Shown here one piece after another: positions 29,455 to 42,207 of a stretch of 64,000 nt of DNA (within the stretch, counting starts at the first letter, position 1; each line of letters begins with the position of its first letter). A program made the translations under genes and the position numbers. Location: contig CM022667.1 in the NCBI GenBank assembly GCA_012295275.1, positions 13,702,001 through 13,766,000 of the forward strand. Reading direction: 5' to 3'. Source of the DNA: Chrysomallon squamiferum. Lineage: Eukaryota > Animalia > Mollusca. The notes beneath the pieces were generated by a model. The model saw nothing but the letters and a program-made list of their open reading frames with translations. It did not search any database and was not told the origin of the DNA.

Positions 29455-29765
29455 TGAGAGCCTAGTTTATCTCAGCATTTACAAAATTAGGATTTTTCAT
29501 CCATATTATTGTCTTGTTGCACCTGTGATTGTAAGCATAGTAATAACAATAACTTTTTGTTTGAATCAGTTTGGTTACACTACCACCATCTAAAATAATT
29601 TGCTTCGTTTTGCCTACCTCAAACAACACTTCTGTTAACAGTAAAATAAAATATAAATAAGATGATGAAAAGTTAATTTCTAATGTCACAGAATAATGGC
29701 GAGATTTTCCGTTGTTGTTGGCAAACGAAAAACATGCTGGATTCTTGGATTCTTGAAGCTGTAAC
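29455..29765 (-). pseudogene. PAN exon fragments upstream of copy G
   Basis: 29455-29522 duplicates the exon-2 acceptor and first ~20 codons (CNKTIIWMKNPNFVNAEIN*). 29685-29750 encodes KNPACFSFANNNGKSRHYSV, matching copy B exon 2. Confidence 0.7.
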
Positions 29766-30070
29766 AAGTTGAAATGTTCTATAGTGTATTTAATTTTTAA
29801 TGTTTTACGGGCTGTTTAACATTTTTACTTCTTTTTTTTTTATCATCAAGCGGAACCTATATATATATATATATAATTTATCTTCATTAACCGTATTTAC
29901 TGCAAAAATAGTAGTTTGTTATGACTGTTTGATAGCTATAGTATTTGTATGGTTATGATGGTCGTAGTAGTAGTTGATTGTATTAGCGTTGCTGTAGTAG
30001 ATGTTGTACAGCACTAGCAGTAATAAAATAATAAAGATGATGATGATGATTATAGTAAAAATAATAATAA

Positions 30071-30114
<44 letters not shown>

Positions 30115-31449
30115 TTCATTAACGTAGTAAAAGTATTTGTACTAGTAGTTTTATAGTACTAGTAATAGTTGTACTAATAATAAAAGTAGTAGCTGTAGTA
30201 GTGTGTTTTTATTATTGTTGTTCTTGGTGATCCCATCTAAAATTAAGCTACTGTCAATTTTAGATAAATGAAAAAGCCATAGTGACTGGTAGAAGATATA
30301 TTTATTGTAAATTACTGCTTAAAGCGGTTAATGTTTAACACAGAAGTATGTCAGAAAAATAGAGTGATTTCTTGAGTCCATTAATTGAACAATAATTTAT
30401 CTTCATTAACCAAATTCACTGTAAAGGTAGTAATTCTGGTTATGATTGTTTGGTAGCGGTAGCATTTGTAGTAGTGGTTATAATGGCTGTAGTAGTAGTT
30501 GATTTTGCTGGTATTGCTGTAGTAGACGTTGTTGTAACAGCACTAATTATAAAATAACAAGAATAATACTAGTAGTAGCAGTCGTAGTAATGGTAATTGC
30601 AGTAGAAATTGTTGTTGTAGCAGTTCAGTGGTTGTAATTGTAGTAGTTATAGTATTAGTAGCTGTTGTTGCTTTAGTAGTAGTAGTAGTTTTAGTAGTAG
30701 TAATACTAATAGTCTTAGTTCTTGTAAGAGTATCGTTATTGTTGTTGTAGTTACTAGTAGGTGTTCTAATAATATAGTAGTAGGAGCAGTTGATCAAAAT
30801 TGACTGTAGAGTCAAGTGTATACCAAAACTGTTATATTCGAGTTCTCAATTTTTCATTGATTCGTATGGCTGTTAAAGTTGATGCAGTTGTGAGTTTTCT
30901 TATAGCAATTATTTTACATTAACTTTTGTAATCGATGTCAGGGTCGTGATCATAATAGTCATTATGGCTAACGTGATGGCTAAACTGATTGTTTAAATTT
31001 AATACAAGTATTTATTTATTATTATTTATTTATTTATTTATTTTTATATAGATATCTTTTTTTTTAAATTCCTTCAGTTTTTTTTAATTCTTCTGGGAAA
31101 GAATCATCATTTATTTTATATTTATATATATAATTAATTATAATTACTATAGCCATTATTGCTTTTCTTTTTGCTGTTCTTCTTCTTCTTAATATTATTA
31201 TTGTTGTTGTTTCTCTCATTTTGATTGTTTAAAAATATTTCAGTGATCAGAATCAGTAAACGTATCATAAAAAATAAAATAAAATAAAATAAAATAAAAA
31301 TCAAGAAATGACTCGATAGCTGTTGGTGATAATGAAAATTACATTTTTCATTTTCCAATCGCACAGATGTATAGATAAAACAAACAAACAAACAAATATA
31401 TAAATAAATAAAATAATTTATTTAATTTTCTTTATTCAGCAAATATCAA

Positions 31450-31610
31450 GTCAGTTTCTCAATAGTTTTTCACGCCACATTTTGCTTGTTGGAATTAATA
31501 TCGCGTAATCTTACAGGTAGTTATCGGATTCATTGTCTGATTTTTGAAAAAGAACGTTTTCTCCATTTTCCAAAACAAATTTTGTTTCCACCTTTTCAGA
31601 CGTCAGACAA
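31450..31610 (-). pseudogene. PAN-CTL copy H: decayed exon 4
   Basis: Reverse complement reads EKVETKFVLENGENVLFQK..NESDNYL*DYAILIPTSKMWRE, closely matching copy A exon 4, with a stop and deletions. Confidence 0.8.
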
Positions 31611-31625
31611 GTAACAGCTATGGTA

Positions 31626-31668
<43 letters not shown>

Positions 31669-33929
31669 TTACGATTACCACTTGTGGTATTGGTTGAAAT
31701 GGTAGAATAGTTGTAATATTTCTGTAAAGCAGATGTAGTAGTAGTCGTACATAAATATTTAAGTTCCTATTTGAATGTAGACATCCCCTAAAATTCAGGA
31801 TTTAGACATAAACATGATATATTATTGATCGAGATGACATTCGATCTGACAGAAATCTCTTTTATTTTTTTATTTAACTAGGCAAAGGAAACATTTATGA
31901 CCTCGTGTTATTTATTCCGTTGCAGCTAAGGTTTAGTAGAAGACAGAAAATTTGAAGGAAAAAATCAATAGATCCAGAAAAATAACTGATGCGTGACATG
32001 CTGAAATAATAACGTTTTGAGAATGAATCATCCAAAGTGGCTAAATATTATTAAGTATTCACAGACGACAAGGTTTGTTCCTCTGGGAAAAATGAAACTT
32101 ATTTAATGTTTTGTGAGCTTGACCCAATGAATATTGTAATTCCTAGGAAGAAGAAGAACAAAACATGATTTATCCTTTACATTTCCATACTGTTAATCGT
32201 AAAAGAAACTTTATTGGAGAAAACAAATAGAGCAGTAACAAAGAAAACAACAACGACAATAATATTAGAGATACAACAATTTTAAAGAAGCATAAATAAT
32301 ATACTTGCACTCAGATATCATAACTACTTCAACACGTACAATAAATATGCCAGCAGTTCTGTACAGCTGAAATTAAAATTAAAAAATGTACAGATATCAA
32401 TAACCAGTTTAACAATATTACAATACATTACAAACAGTTGTTGTTTAAATCAATATTTGTCTCTGTTCATTTACTAATAATATAATTAACACGGGAGCTC
32501 GTGTTCTCAAGGGTAATTAAAAAATAATGATAATAATAAAAAATTATCTACCGTACTCAGTCACATATAATTCGATCTAATTTTATATCGATCGGCCTTG
32601 ATTTTAAAGATTGAAATGTAAACAACAGACAGACTCGTTCGATGAATGTCGATATGAATGTTAGAATTTTTTTTTTTATTCTGATTCATAAATATTGACA
32701 GATCTTAGATTTGTTTATCTTGTTTGCTTTGTTTGTTTTTTCATAAGTAAGAAGTGTTATTTGTTTACAGTACAAGAATCTTAGAACATTTCACAGAAGT
32801 AAAAATTGCCTAATTAGTTAAATGCAAATAGCAAGAATGTTTAATAATAACAACAGGAACAACAATACTAAATGGTAGTATACTCAATAATAATAACAAT
32901 GATTATGATAATGATAATAATTATTATTAATAATAACAGAAATAACAACAAAAAAGATAATGTCAGCTTCTCCTAAGAAAATAATTCCGAATTAATAAAA
33001 ACACAAATTTATAGAAAAAAATGGCTATACAGAAATATCATGGGCAATTGATTTTGATTAGTTAAAACTGTAGATTGCTACTGGAAACGAAAGCGCGACT
33101 TTTTATACACATTTCTGTGTGTGACACGTGCTGTTAGTTTAGTCACTTACAAGCAAAAAACATCACAGAACTGATTAGTGCTTGAGTCTGACGAGAATTC
33201 GCAAAAATACGTGAAAACATCCGACGCAATCATTTTGTGCACAGCGTAGCCAGGTTTCAACACAGGACTCTGTTCCATCATTCAAAAAAAACTTCAAATT
33301 AACAGTCTATATATATATATATATGTCTTCCCAATTTCTATAAAAAAAATTCCGCTGGGAGTAAAATATTATTAGTCCCAGTGGGAACATCACAATAGGC
33401 TATTAGACTAAATGGGTAATTGAGAAAGTTCCTTTCAAACTGTGTAGGTAATTATAAGAACATTATAAGCAACGTGGGTAAACTGCCAGTCTCAAGAAGA
33501 TGGAACACAGTGTACAGGCAGTAAATGAATATATGAATCTTTTACTACATCTGGAGAAGTTATCTCAAACTGTAAGTAATATAATGGTATATATTTTACA
33601 GTTTCTTAATATACTAAACTATAACTCATAGTGTTGTTACATCCTTTACTCTGTGGTAAGTGTACTCTAGTTGGTGCTTTTCTCTGAAATATTCTGTCTG
33701 TTACACGATAGAAACAAAAATAACAAAACTTCTTTACGTTGAGATCAATAACAACATTACCTGTTAAACTGAGACAAGAAATGAATAAGCACGTTTACGT
33801 GTTGTGTGTGTTTATTTCTTTCCTATTGTTCTTTATATGTTTGTTGTGTTTTTGCATCTTTTTAGTTTTTAGTTTTTTTCATCGATATCTTTTTGAAATT
33901 TCTTAAATATTTGTCTGTTGTGGTGACCG

Positions 33930-34147
33930 TCACACAAGTTTTTCACAAATGTATTTTTCGTATCGAGAACATTGCACGTCGCCCCACACTTTATCTGTTG
34001 GTACTAACATGACGCAGTCTTCAGTTCTGGCACCATCACTTGGTTCATTTTCGTTCCAGCTCGTGAACTTTACCGCTTCACCATTCTCCCAGACAAACGT
34101 GTTTTCAACCTTCTCGTCTGTTAGACCGATGTAAAAGTTGTCTGTGG
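33930..34147 (-). CDS. PAN-CTL copy I: open orphan terminal C-type lectin exon
   Basis: ttttag acceptor, then TDNFYIGLTDEKVENTFVWENGEAVKFTSWNENEPSDGARTEDCVMLVPTDKVWGDVQCSRYEKYICEKLV* (218 nt, same phase as the other exon 4s). Not in the ORF track. No upstream exons seen before the gap. Confidence 0.82.
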
Positions 34148-34151
34148 CTAA

Positions 34152-34217
<66 letters not shown>

Positions 34218-35731
34218 TATAAATAAATAAATAAATAAATAAAATTAAATTTATATGGTACCTGTAATAAATATACATATTTGAACAAACAACAGAACAA
34301 ATCATTCGTGCTTAAAGGTCATAGATGGAATTCAACATTTAGTCATTCAGAGAGAGAGGTGTAAATGTATACAAAATTAATGAATCAATGTAGACAGATA
34401 TTTGGCTTCACAGCAGTCAGTTGTTTCAAATGTGATTCTATTATTTTATTTTATTTCACGCTTTGATCCTTTTTGAGGAGTTTTATTTTTAATTATTATT
34501 CTTCTGTTTTACTTTTCTCTCTTTCTGTCTTTTTCTTTTTTTTTTCTTTTTCTTTACTTTTTTACTTTTTCGTGTTTGTCGGTTCTGCTTTATTTATGTC
34601 AATTTAATTTAGTTTAGTGTCCTTTCTTGTTATTGTTGTTGTTGTGTTTTCCTGCCTATGAAGATTCTGACATTTACTCGAATTAACACTGCAGGAGATG
34701 AATATTTACAGGCTGTTCACGTTATCGTCGTTATTGTTAATCATCTAGAAGGGGATATTTTTCTTTCGTATATACTTTTGTTTTTGCATAAGAAAATATG
34801 ATGTTTCCTTTAAATAGGTACTACTAGCAGTATTACTATTACTATTAGTAGCAGTGGTTGTTCTTGTGGTCGTTGTTGTTTCTGTAATTGTTGTAGAAGA
34901 AAGAACCCATTAGAAGACAGGTTCCATTTTTTTGTCCGAAAAATCGACTTGATAACTTCTGAGAACATTTCTAATAGAATTTTTATCTTACCATTCTTGT
35001 TTTGTTTTTTCTTTTGTTTGTTCTTGATTTTTTGTTGTTGTCGTTTTTGTTTAGTGTTCTGCAATAGGAAAGAAATAATGACATAAAAACTGACAATAGA
35101 ACTGTTATATAGTTCAAAGGATTTTTTTTTTTTCTTATTTAAGTTTTTTGGTTTTTTAATGATTTTCAATAAATGCGAGTACAAAACCGACGATCACCAT
35201 AACAGTGAATATCATCTAAAACAAAATCATCAAAATCGACAGCAACTGCAACAAGTAGAAGTGATTATAACGATGAGCATAACTAACATGTTATTAATGT
35301 TGATAACTACTAAATATAATTTCCTTTTGTAGTACATGGTACTGTTATAACTACAGATATTTTAATAAACAACAAAGAACTCATTATTATTCAAAGTTCA
35401 CAGTCGGAATTTAATTTTTAACCATTCAGAGACGGGTGTAAATGTGTACAAAATCAATAAATCAATGTGTTCCAATATTAGATTTCTAAACCAAACACTT
35501 GAACGTATGTATTTAAAACAACAACAACAAAAATAAAAACAACAACAACATCAACAACAGCAGCAACAACAACAACAACAACAACAACAATAATAATAAT
35601 AATAATAATTTATCTAAATTCAGATGAGATGCCTTCTCAATCGTTTGCTATAACCTGCTCTGAACAACAAATACTGGAAAAAAAAAGAAGTTATATAAAA
35701 TATTAAAAGTCATTTTGAGCGTCCCAAATGA

Positions 35732-35931
35732 NNNNNNNNNNNNNNNNNNNNNNNNNNNNNNNNNNNNNNNNNNNNNNNNNNNNNNNNNNNNNNNNNNNNN
35801 NNNNNNNNNNNNNNNNNNNNNNNNNNNNNNNNNNNNNNNNNNNNNNNNNNNNNNNNNNNNNNNNNNNNNNNNNNNNNNNNNNNNNNNNNNNNNNNNNNNN
35901 NNNNNNNNNNNNNNNNNNNNNNNNNNNNNNN
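35732..35931. other. Assembly gap (200 N)
   Basis: Run of N at the start of the U3 array, so the copy number is a minimum. Confidence 0.99.
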
Positions 35932-36195
35932 AAGGAGTATGCATTTGGGAATTTTATAAATATATACACTGAAAGAAAATAGTAAATTGAAAACAAAGAA
36001 ACAAACAAATAAATAAATAAGGAAATAATTTAAAATTTGCCGGAAAACATGTCAGGTAATTATAATAAAAACGATTAATGAGGATAAAGTCTTGTCTTTG
36101 TAAACATCTTTGTTGACGTTGGTGTTAAAGAAAAAGCACTGGACAATGAGATACAGATCTGTTACCATTTTTCGGATTCTTAACATTAAACAACG

Positions 36196-36228
<33 letters not shown>

Positions 36229-36438
36229 CTACCAGTACTACTAATAATAATACAAAATAAAATAAAATAAGCAGACAGTTAAATGAATTTAAAAAAGAAA
36301 AAAGATGTAGGAATATCAATATTTATGATTTAACCAGTACAAGTTCTTGGTGAACAAACATCTTTATTCCAGCGTTGAACAGTGAGTAAAGACAATTGAT
36401 GTTTGTTGCTATTTTTGGTTTTTTAAAAACGTTTGTGG

Positions 36439-37019
36439 ACCACTCAGAATGCCTCCCCTTCCTCCAACTCTCCACTGAAGGAAGAGAGGAACGGTCATCA
36501 ATGACGAGGAGCGAGTCGCCGAAAAGGTGACACTCACAGACCCACTCACAGTCCCACTCCCCCAGACCCGCACCCTGTCCCACTCCCACTCCCAGACCCG
36601 CACCCTGTCCCACTCCCACTCCCAGACCCACTCACAGTCCCACTCCCACTCCCAGACCCGCACCCTGTCCCACTCCCACTCCCAGACCCGCACCCTGTCC
36701 CACTCCCACTCCCAGTCCCCCAGACCCACACCCTGTCCCACTCCCACTCCCAGTCCCCCAAACCCACACCCTGTCCCAGTCCCCCAAACCCACACCCTGT
36801 CCCACTCCCACTCCCCACTCCCAGTCCCACTCCCACTCCCACTCCCCAGTCCCACTCCCACTTCCCAGTCCCACTTCGCAGTCCCACTCCCCAGTCCCAG
36901 TCCGCTTCGCGCTCAGAATAGGATGCTGTGTCTCGTCCTCGTGGTCTCGGTCGTTCGTCAGTGTTACTTGACGTCTTAGCGATGCATACTATAGAAATGA
37001 TCCCTAAAAGTATGATCTT
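36439..37019 (-). ncRNA. U3: U3 snoRNA, expanded variant (581 nt; 361-nt G-rich insert at 36536-36896)
   Basis: 5' AAGATCATACTTTTAGGGATCATTTCTATAGTA (boxes A'/A), C' GAGGACGA, B GAGCGCGAAGC, C TTGATGA, D CTGA and terminal stem ACCAC/GTGGT. Insert lies between B and C. Confidence 0.85.
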
Positions 37020-37063
37020 AAATTGTACAGGTTCCGGGATAGAGCATATATGAAACAGTATTC

Positions 37064-37078
37064 GTTTTCAGAATGGTA
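37064..37078 (-). promoter_or_regulatory. PSE-like element of the expanded U3 (GTACCATTCTGAAAA)
   Basis: At -45 to -59. Matches GTACCATACTGAAAC at the same offset in canonical copies (38420-38434) despite diverged neighbouring sequence, and resembles the metazoan snRNA PSE in position and sequence. Confidence 0.6.
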
Positions 37079-37273
37079 CGTTGATCATACATATTAATAT
37101 AATCATTTCAGTTTTTGTTAATTAATCCATAATTCGTAAATGTAATTCTAATACATCATATAGTTAATATTAATGTTATTTGTTCTTTTATTTAATATAA
37201 TTGATTTTGTCGACTGAACAAAGGTAACTTTTCAGGGATATCGAGATGTTTATTTAATTACATATTTTAGGTT

Positions 37274-37288
37274 TTTGACCGAGTCAAA
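37274..37288. promoter_or_regulatory. Palindromic distal element TTTGAC-CGA-GTCAAA (DSE candidate)
   Basis: At -255 to -269 from the U3 5' end in both promoter types (also 38630-38644). Confidence 0.55.
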
Positions 37289-37789
37289 TGAATTTTACAG
37301 ACTGAACTGAATATTATTTTGTTTTTCTTTTGTTACATTGGTGTGTTTCTAGAAATTATTATTAGAACGTTTTGAAGTACCATGTATTTGTTTATATGTA
37401 TGTTTGTGTATACACGAATCTCAATAGTTCCATGAAAATAGATACTGAAGAAAAAAAAAGTAAACAACTGAAAATGTAAAATAAATAAATAAATATTTTA
37501 AAATTGTCCAGAAAACATGTCACGTAATTATAACGAAAACGATTAACGATGATAAAGTGTTGTTTTTATAAACATCTTCGGTGATGCTGGCGTTAAACAA
37601 TCAGCAGTAGTCAATCAGATACAGAACTGTGACCATTTTTCGTGTTCTTAACCGACAACAACAACAACAAAGAAAATGAATGAATGAATGAATGAATGAA
37701 TTATTTTAAAAATAAAATAAAATAAAATACTGTTGCACGAATATCGGTTTTTACGACTGTTGATAATTTAACATCTTACTGAAGAAACA

Positions 37790-37965
37790 TCTTTGTCATT
37801 TCTTTGAGTACATCAAGGACATGCTGGAAGTGTGCAGGCCAAGTAGGATCACATAACTCATACAGATTAATAACATCAAGAATAAGAACTACACACTCCC
37901 AAGTAACATCAGTGAGGTCGAAACAGCAGCTACATTCAAAACATTGCTAAATAATTTGTTTCTTT
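37790..37965 (+). mobile_element. Decayed 3' end of a CR1/L2-group LINE ORF2, repeated in each dimer spacer
   Basis: One frame reads EYIKDMLEVCRPSR...TLPSNISEVETAATFKTLLNNLF, resembling the YLxDLLxxYxPxR and LPxxIRxxxSxxxFKxxLKTxLF C-terminal motifs. Recurs at ~40665, ~44715 and ~47590. Confidence 0.5.
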
Positions 37966-38155
37966 TCAGTCCACTTTGTTTTCAATTTTTAAACATTCAA
38001 GCTAGTCTGTTAACTATTTTAAACACCTTTAAATATGTTAATGTCGAAGGCTTCTCATATTTTAGATTATCAGTTTACATTAGCGTTAAAGGGCTAGTAA
38101 ATATCAATAATATATTTGACTGTTTTTGTTTTTGTTTTTTAAAAATTGGTTGTGG

Positions 38156-38375
38156 ACCACTCAGAATGCCTCCCCTTCCTCCAACTCTCCACTGAAGGAA
38201 GAGAGGAACGGTCATCAATGACGAGGAGCGAGTCACCGAAAAGGTGACACTCCCAGTCCGCTTCGCGCTCAGAAGAGGAGGCTGTGTCTCGTCCTCGTGG
38301 TCTCGGTCGTTCGTCAGTGTTACGTGACGTCTTGGCGATGCATACTATAGAAATGATCCCTAAAAGTATGATCTT
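38156..38375 (-). ncRNA. U3: U3 snoRNA, canonical length (220 nt)
   Basis: Boxes A', A, C', B, C, D in order with U3 spacing; internal hairpin GTCACC-TTTTC-GGTGAC; terminal stem. Confidence 0.95.
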
Positions 38376-39344
38376 AAATTGTACAGTTTCCGGATAATGT
38401 GTATAGAAAACAGTGTTCGGTTTCAGTATGGTACGTTAATCATGCATATTAATATATTCGTTTCAGTCTTTATTAATTAATCCATAACTCGTAAAAATAA
38501 TTCTAATACTTTTGGTAGTTAAGATGACTGTAGTTTCTTCTTTTGTTTCATTCTATTTATTTTATCGATTTAAGAGTGCTAACTTTTCTTGAATGTCGAG
38601 TTTTCTATTTAATTCTTTTTGTTTGTGTTTTTGACCGAGTCAAATTATTTTTAAAGACTGAACTGAACTTCAAAATATTTTAGTATGTCTGTGTAATTCT
38701 AGAGAACATTCTCCTTACTCAAAGGTTCTCGCAAGTTCTAACTATAATACTGGATTAATAATTATCATTAAAACTTTTTCAAATACTGCCTCTGTGTATT
38801 TGAGTGTATGCGCGCGTGGGTGTGTTTCCGTTTACGTATATGAGTATGTACGTGAATTTTTATAAATATATACACTGAAAGAAAATAGTAAATTGAAAAC
38901 AAAGAAACAAACAAATAAATAAATAAGGAAATAATTTAAAATTTGCCGGAAAACATGTCAGGTAATTATAATAAAAACGATTAATGAGGATAAAGTCTTG
39001 TCTTTGTAAACATCTTTGTTGACGTTGGTGTTAAAGAAAAAGCACTGGACAATGAGATACAGATCTGTTACCATTTTTCGGATTCTTAACATTAAACAAC
39101 GACAACAACAACAACAACAACAACAACACTACCAGTACTACTACTAATAATAATAAAACAAAATAAAATAAAATAAGCAGACAGTTAAATGAATTTAAAA
39201 AAGAAAAAAGATGTAGGAATATCAATATTTATGATTTAACCAGTACAAGTTCTTGGTGAACAAACATCTTTATTCCAGCGTTGAACAGTGAGTAAAGACA
39301 ATTGATGTTTGTTGCTATTTTTGGTTTTTTAAAAACGTTTGTGG

Positions 39345-39894
39345 ACCACTCAGAATGCCTCCCCTTCCTCCAACTCTCCACTGAAGGAAGAGAGGAACGG
39401 TCATCAATGACGAGGAGCGAGTCGCCGAAAAGGTGACACTCACAGACCCACTCACAGTCCCACTCCCCCAGACCCGCACCCTGTCCCACTCCCACTCCCA
39501 GACCCGCACCCTGTCCCACTCCCACTCCCAGACCCACACCCCCCCCCCTCCCAGACCCGCACCCTGTCCCACTCCCACCCCAGTCCCCCAGACCCACACC
39601 CCCCACTCCCACCCCCCCAGTCCCCAAACCCCCACCCCCCCCCAGTCCCCAAACCCACACCCTGTCCCAGTCCCCAAACCCCACACCCCCCCACCCAAAC
39701 CCAGTCCCACTCCCAGTCCCACTCCCCAGTCCCAGTCCCTTCCCAGTCCCAGTCCCAGTCCCTCCCCAGTCCCAGTCCGCTTCGCGCTCAGAATAGGATG
39801 CTGTGTCTCGTCCTCGTGGTCTCGGTCGTTCGTCAGTGTTACTTGACGTCTTAGCGATGCATACTATAGAAATGATCCCTAAAAGTATGATCTT
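39345..39894 (-). ncRNA. U3: U3 snoRNA, expanded variant (550 nt)
   Basis: Same boxes as 36439-37019; 330-nt G-rich insert, more irregular, with long G runs. Confidence 0.83.
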
Positions 39895-41028
39895 AAATTG
39901 TACAGGTTCCGGGATAGAGCATATATGAAACAGTATTCGTTTTCAGAATGGTACGTTGATCATACATATTAATATAATCATTTCAGTTTTTGTTAATTAA
40001 TCCATAATTCGTAAATGTAATTCTAATACATCATATAGTTAATATTAATGTTATTTGTTCTTTTATTTAATATAATTGATTTTGTCGACTGAACAAAGGT
40101 AACTTTTCAGGGATATCGAGATGTTTATTTAATTACATATTTTAGGTTTTTTTTGACCGAGTCAAATGAATTTTACAGACTGAACTGAATATTATTTTGT
40201 TTTTCTTTTGTTACATTGGTGTGTTTCTAGAAATTATTATTAGAACGTTTTGAAGTACCATGTATTTGTTTATATGTATGTTTGTGTATACACGAATCTC
40301 AATAGTTCCATGAAAATAGATACTGAAGAAAAAAGTAAACAACTGAAAATGTAAAATAAATAAATAAATATTTTAAAATTGTCCAGAAAACATGTCACGT
40401 AATTATAACGAAAACGATTAACGATGATAAAGTGTTGTTTTTAAAACATCTTCGGTGATGCTGGCGTTAAACAATCAGCAGTAGTCAATCAGATACAGAA
40501 CTGTGACCATTTTTCGTGTTCTTAACCGACAACAACAACAACAAAGAAAAAAAAATGAATGAATGAATGAATGAATGAATTATTTTAAAAATAAAATAAA
40601 ATAAAATACTGTTGCACGAATATCGGTTTTTACGACTGTTGATAATTTAACATCTTACTGAAGAAACATCTTTGTCATTTCTTTGAGTACATCAAGGACA
40701 TGCTGGAAGTGTGCAGGCCAAGTAGGATCACATAACTCATACAGATTAATAACATCAAGAATAAGAACTACACACTCCCAAGTAACATCAGTGAGGTCGA
40801 AACAGCAGCTACATTCAAAACATTGCTAAATAATTTGTTTCTTTTCAGTCCACTTTGTTTTCAATTTTTAAACATTCAAGCTAGTCTGTTAACTATTTTA
40901 AACACCTTTAAATATGTTAATGTCGAAGGCTTCTCATATTTTAGATTATCAGTTTACATTAGCGTTAAAGGGCTAGTAAATATCAATAATATATTTGACT
41001 GTTTTTGTTTTTTAAAAATTGGTTGTGG

Positions 41029-41248
41029 ACCACTCAGAATGCCTCCCCTTCCTCCAACTCTCCACTGAAGGAAGAGAGGAACGGTCATCAATGACGAGGA
41101 GCGAGTCACCGAAAAGGTGACACTCCCAGTCCGCTTCGCGCTCAGAAGAGGAGGCTGTGTCTCGTCCTCGTGGTCTCGGTCGTTCGTCAGTGTTACGTGA
41201 CGTCTTGGCGATGCATACTATAGAAATGATCCCTAAAAGTATGATCTT
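41029..41248 (-). ncRNA. U3: U3 snoRNA, canonical length (220 nt)
   Basis: Appears identical to 38156-38375. Confidence 0.95.
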
Positions 41249-41964
41249 AAATTGTACAGTTTCCGGATAATGTGTATAGAAAACAGTGTTCGGTTTCAGT
41301 ATGGTACGTTAATCATGCATATTAATATATTCGTTTCAGTCTTTATTAATTAATCCATAACTCGTAAAAATAATTCTAATACTTTTGGTAGTTAAGATGA
41401 CTGTAGTTTCTTCTTTTGTTTCATTCTATTTATTTTATCGATTTAAGAGTGCTAACTTTTCTTGAATGTCGAGTTTTCTATTTAATTCTTTTTGTTGTGT
41501 TTTTTTTGACCGAGTCAAATTATTTTTAAAGACTGAACTGAACTTCAAAATATTTTAGTATGTCTGTGTAATTCTAGAGAACATTCTCCTTACTCAAAGG
41601 TTCTCGCAAGTTCTAACTATAATACTGGATTAATAATTATCATTAAAACTTTTTCAAATACTGCCTCTGTGTATTTGAGTGTATGCGCGCGTGGGTGTGT
41701 TTCCGTTTACGTATATGAGTATGTACGTGAATTTTTATAAATATATACACTGAAAGAAAATAGTAAATTGAAAACAAAGAAACAAACAAATAAATAAATA
41801 AGGAAATAATTTAAAATATGTCAGGTAATTATAATAAAAACGATTAATGAGGATAAAGTCTTGTCTTTGTAAACATCTTTGTTGACGTTGGTGTTAAAGA
41901 AAAAGCACTGGACAATGAGATACAGATCTGTTACCATTTTTCGGATTCTTAACATTAAACAACG

Positions 41965-41997
<33 letters not shown>

Positions 41998-42207
41998 CTA
42001 CCAGTACTAATAATAATAATACAAAATAAAATAAAATAAGCAGACAGTTAAATGAATTTAAAAAAGAAAAAAGATGTAGGAATATCAATATTTATGATTT
42101 AACCAGTACAAGTTCTTGGTGAACAAACATCTTTATTCCAGCGTTGAACAGTGAGTAAAAACAATTGATTTTTGTTGCTATTTTTGGTTTTTTAAAAACG
42201 TTTGTGG

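Noticed and set aside
27170-30560. Local direct duplications (27170-27320 vs 27720-27880; 29875-30030 vs 30395-30560) as LTR pairs
   Set aside because: No TG..CA ends, primer-binding site, polypurine tract or internal coding sequence; they look like ordinary diverged tandem duplications.
33180-33220. CTGACGAG...GAAA hammerhead-like motif
   Set aside because: No stem II pairing before GAAA and no stems I/III found.
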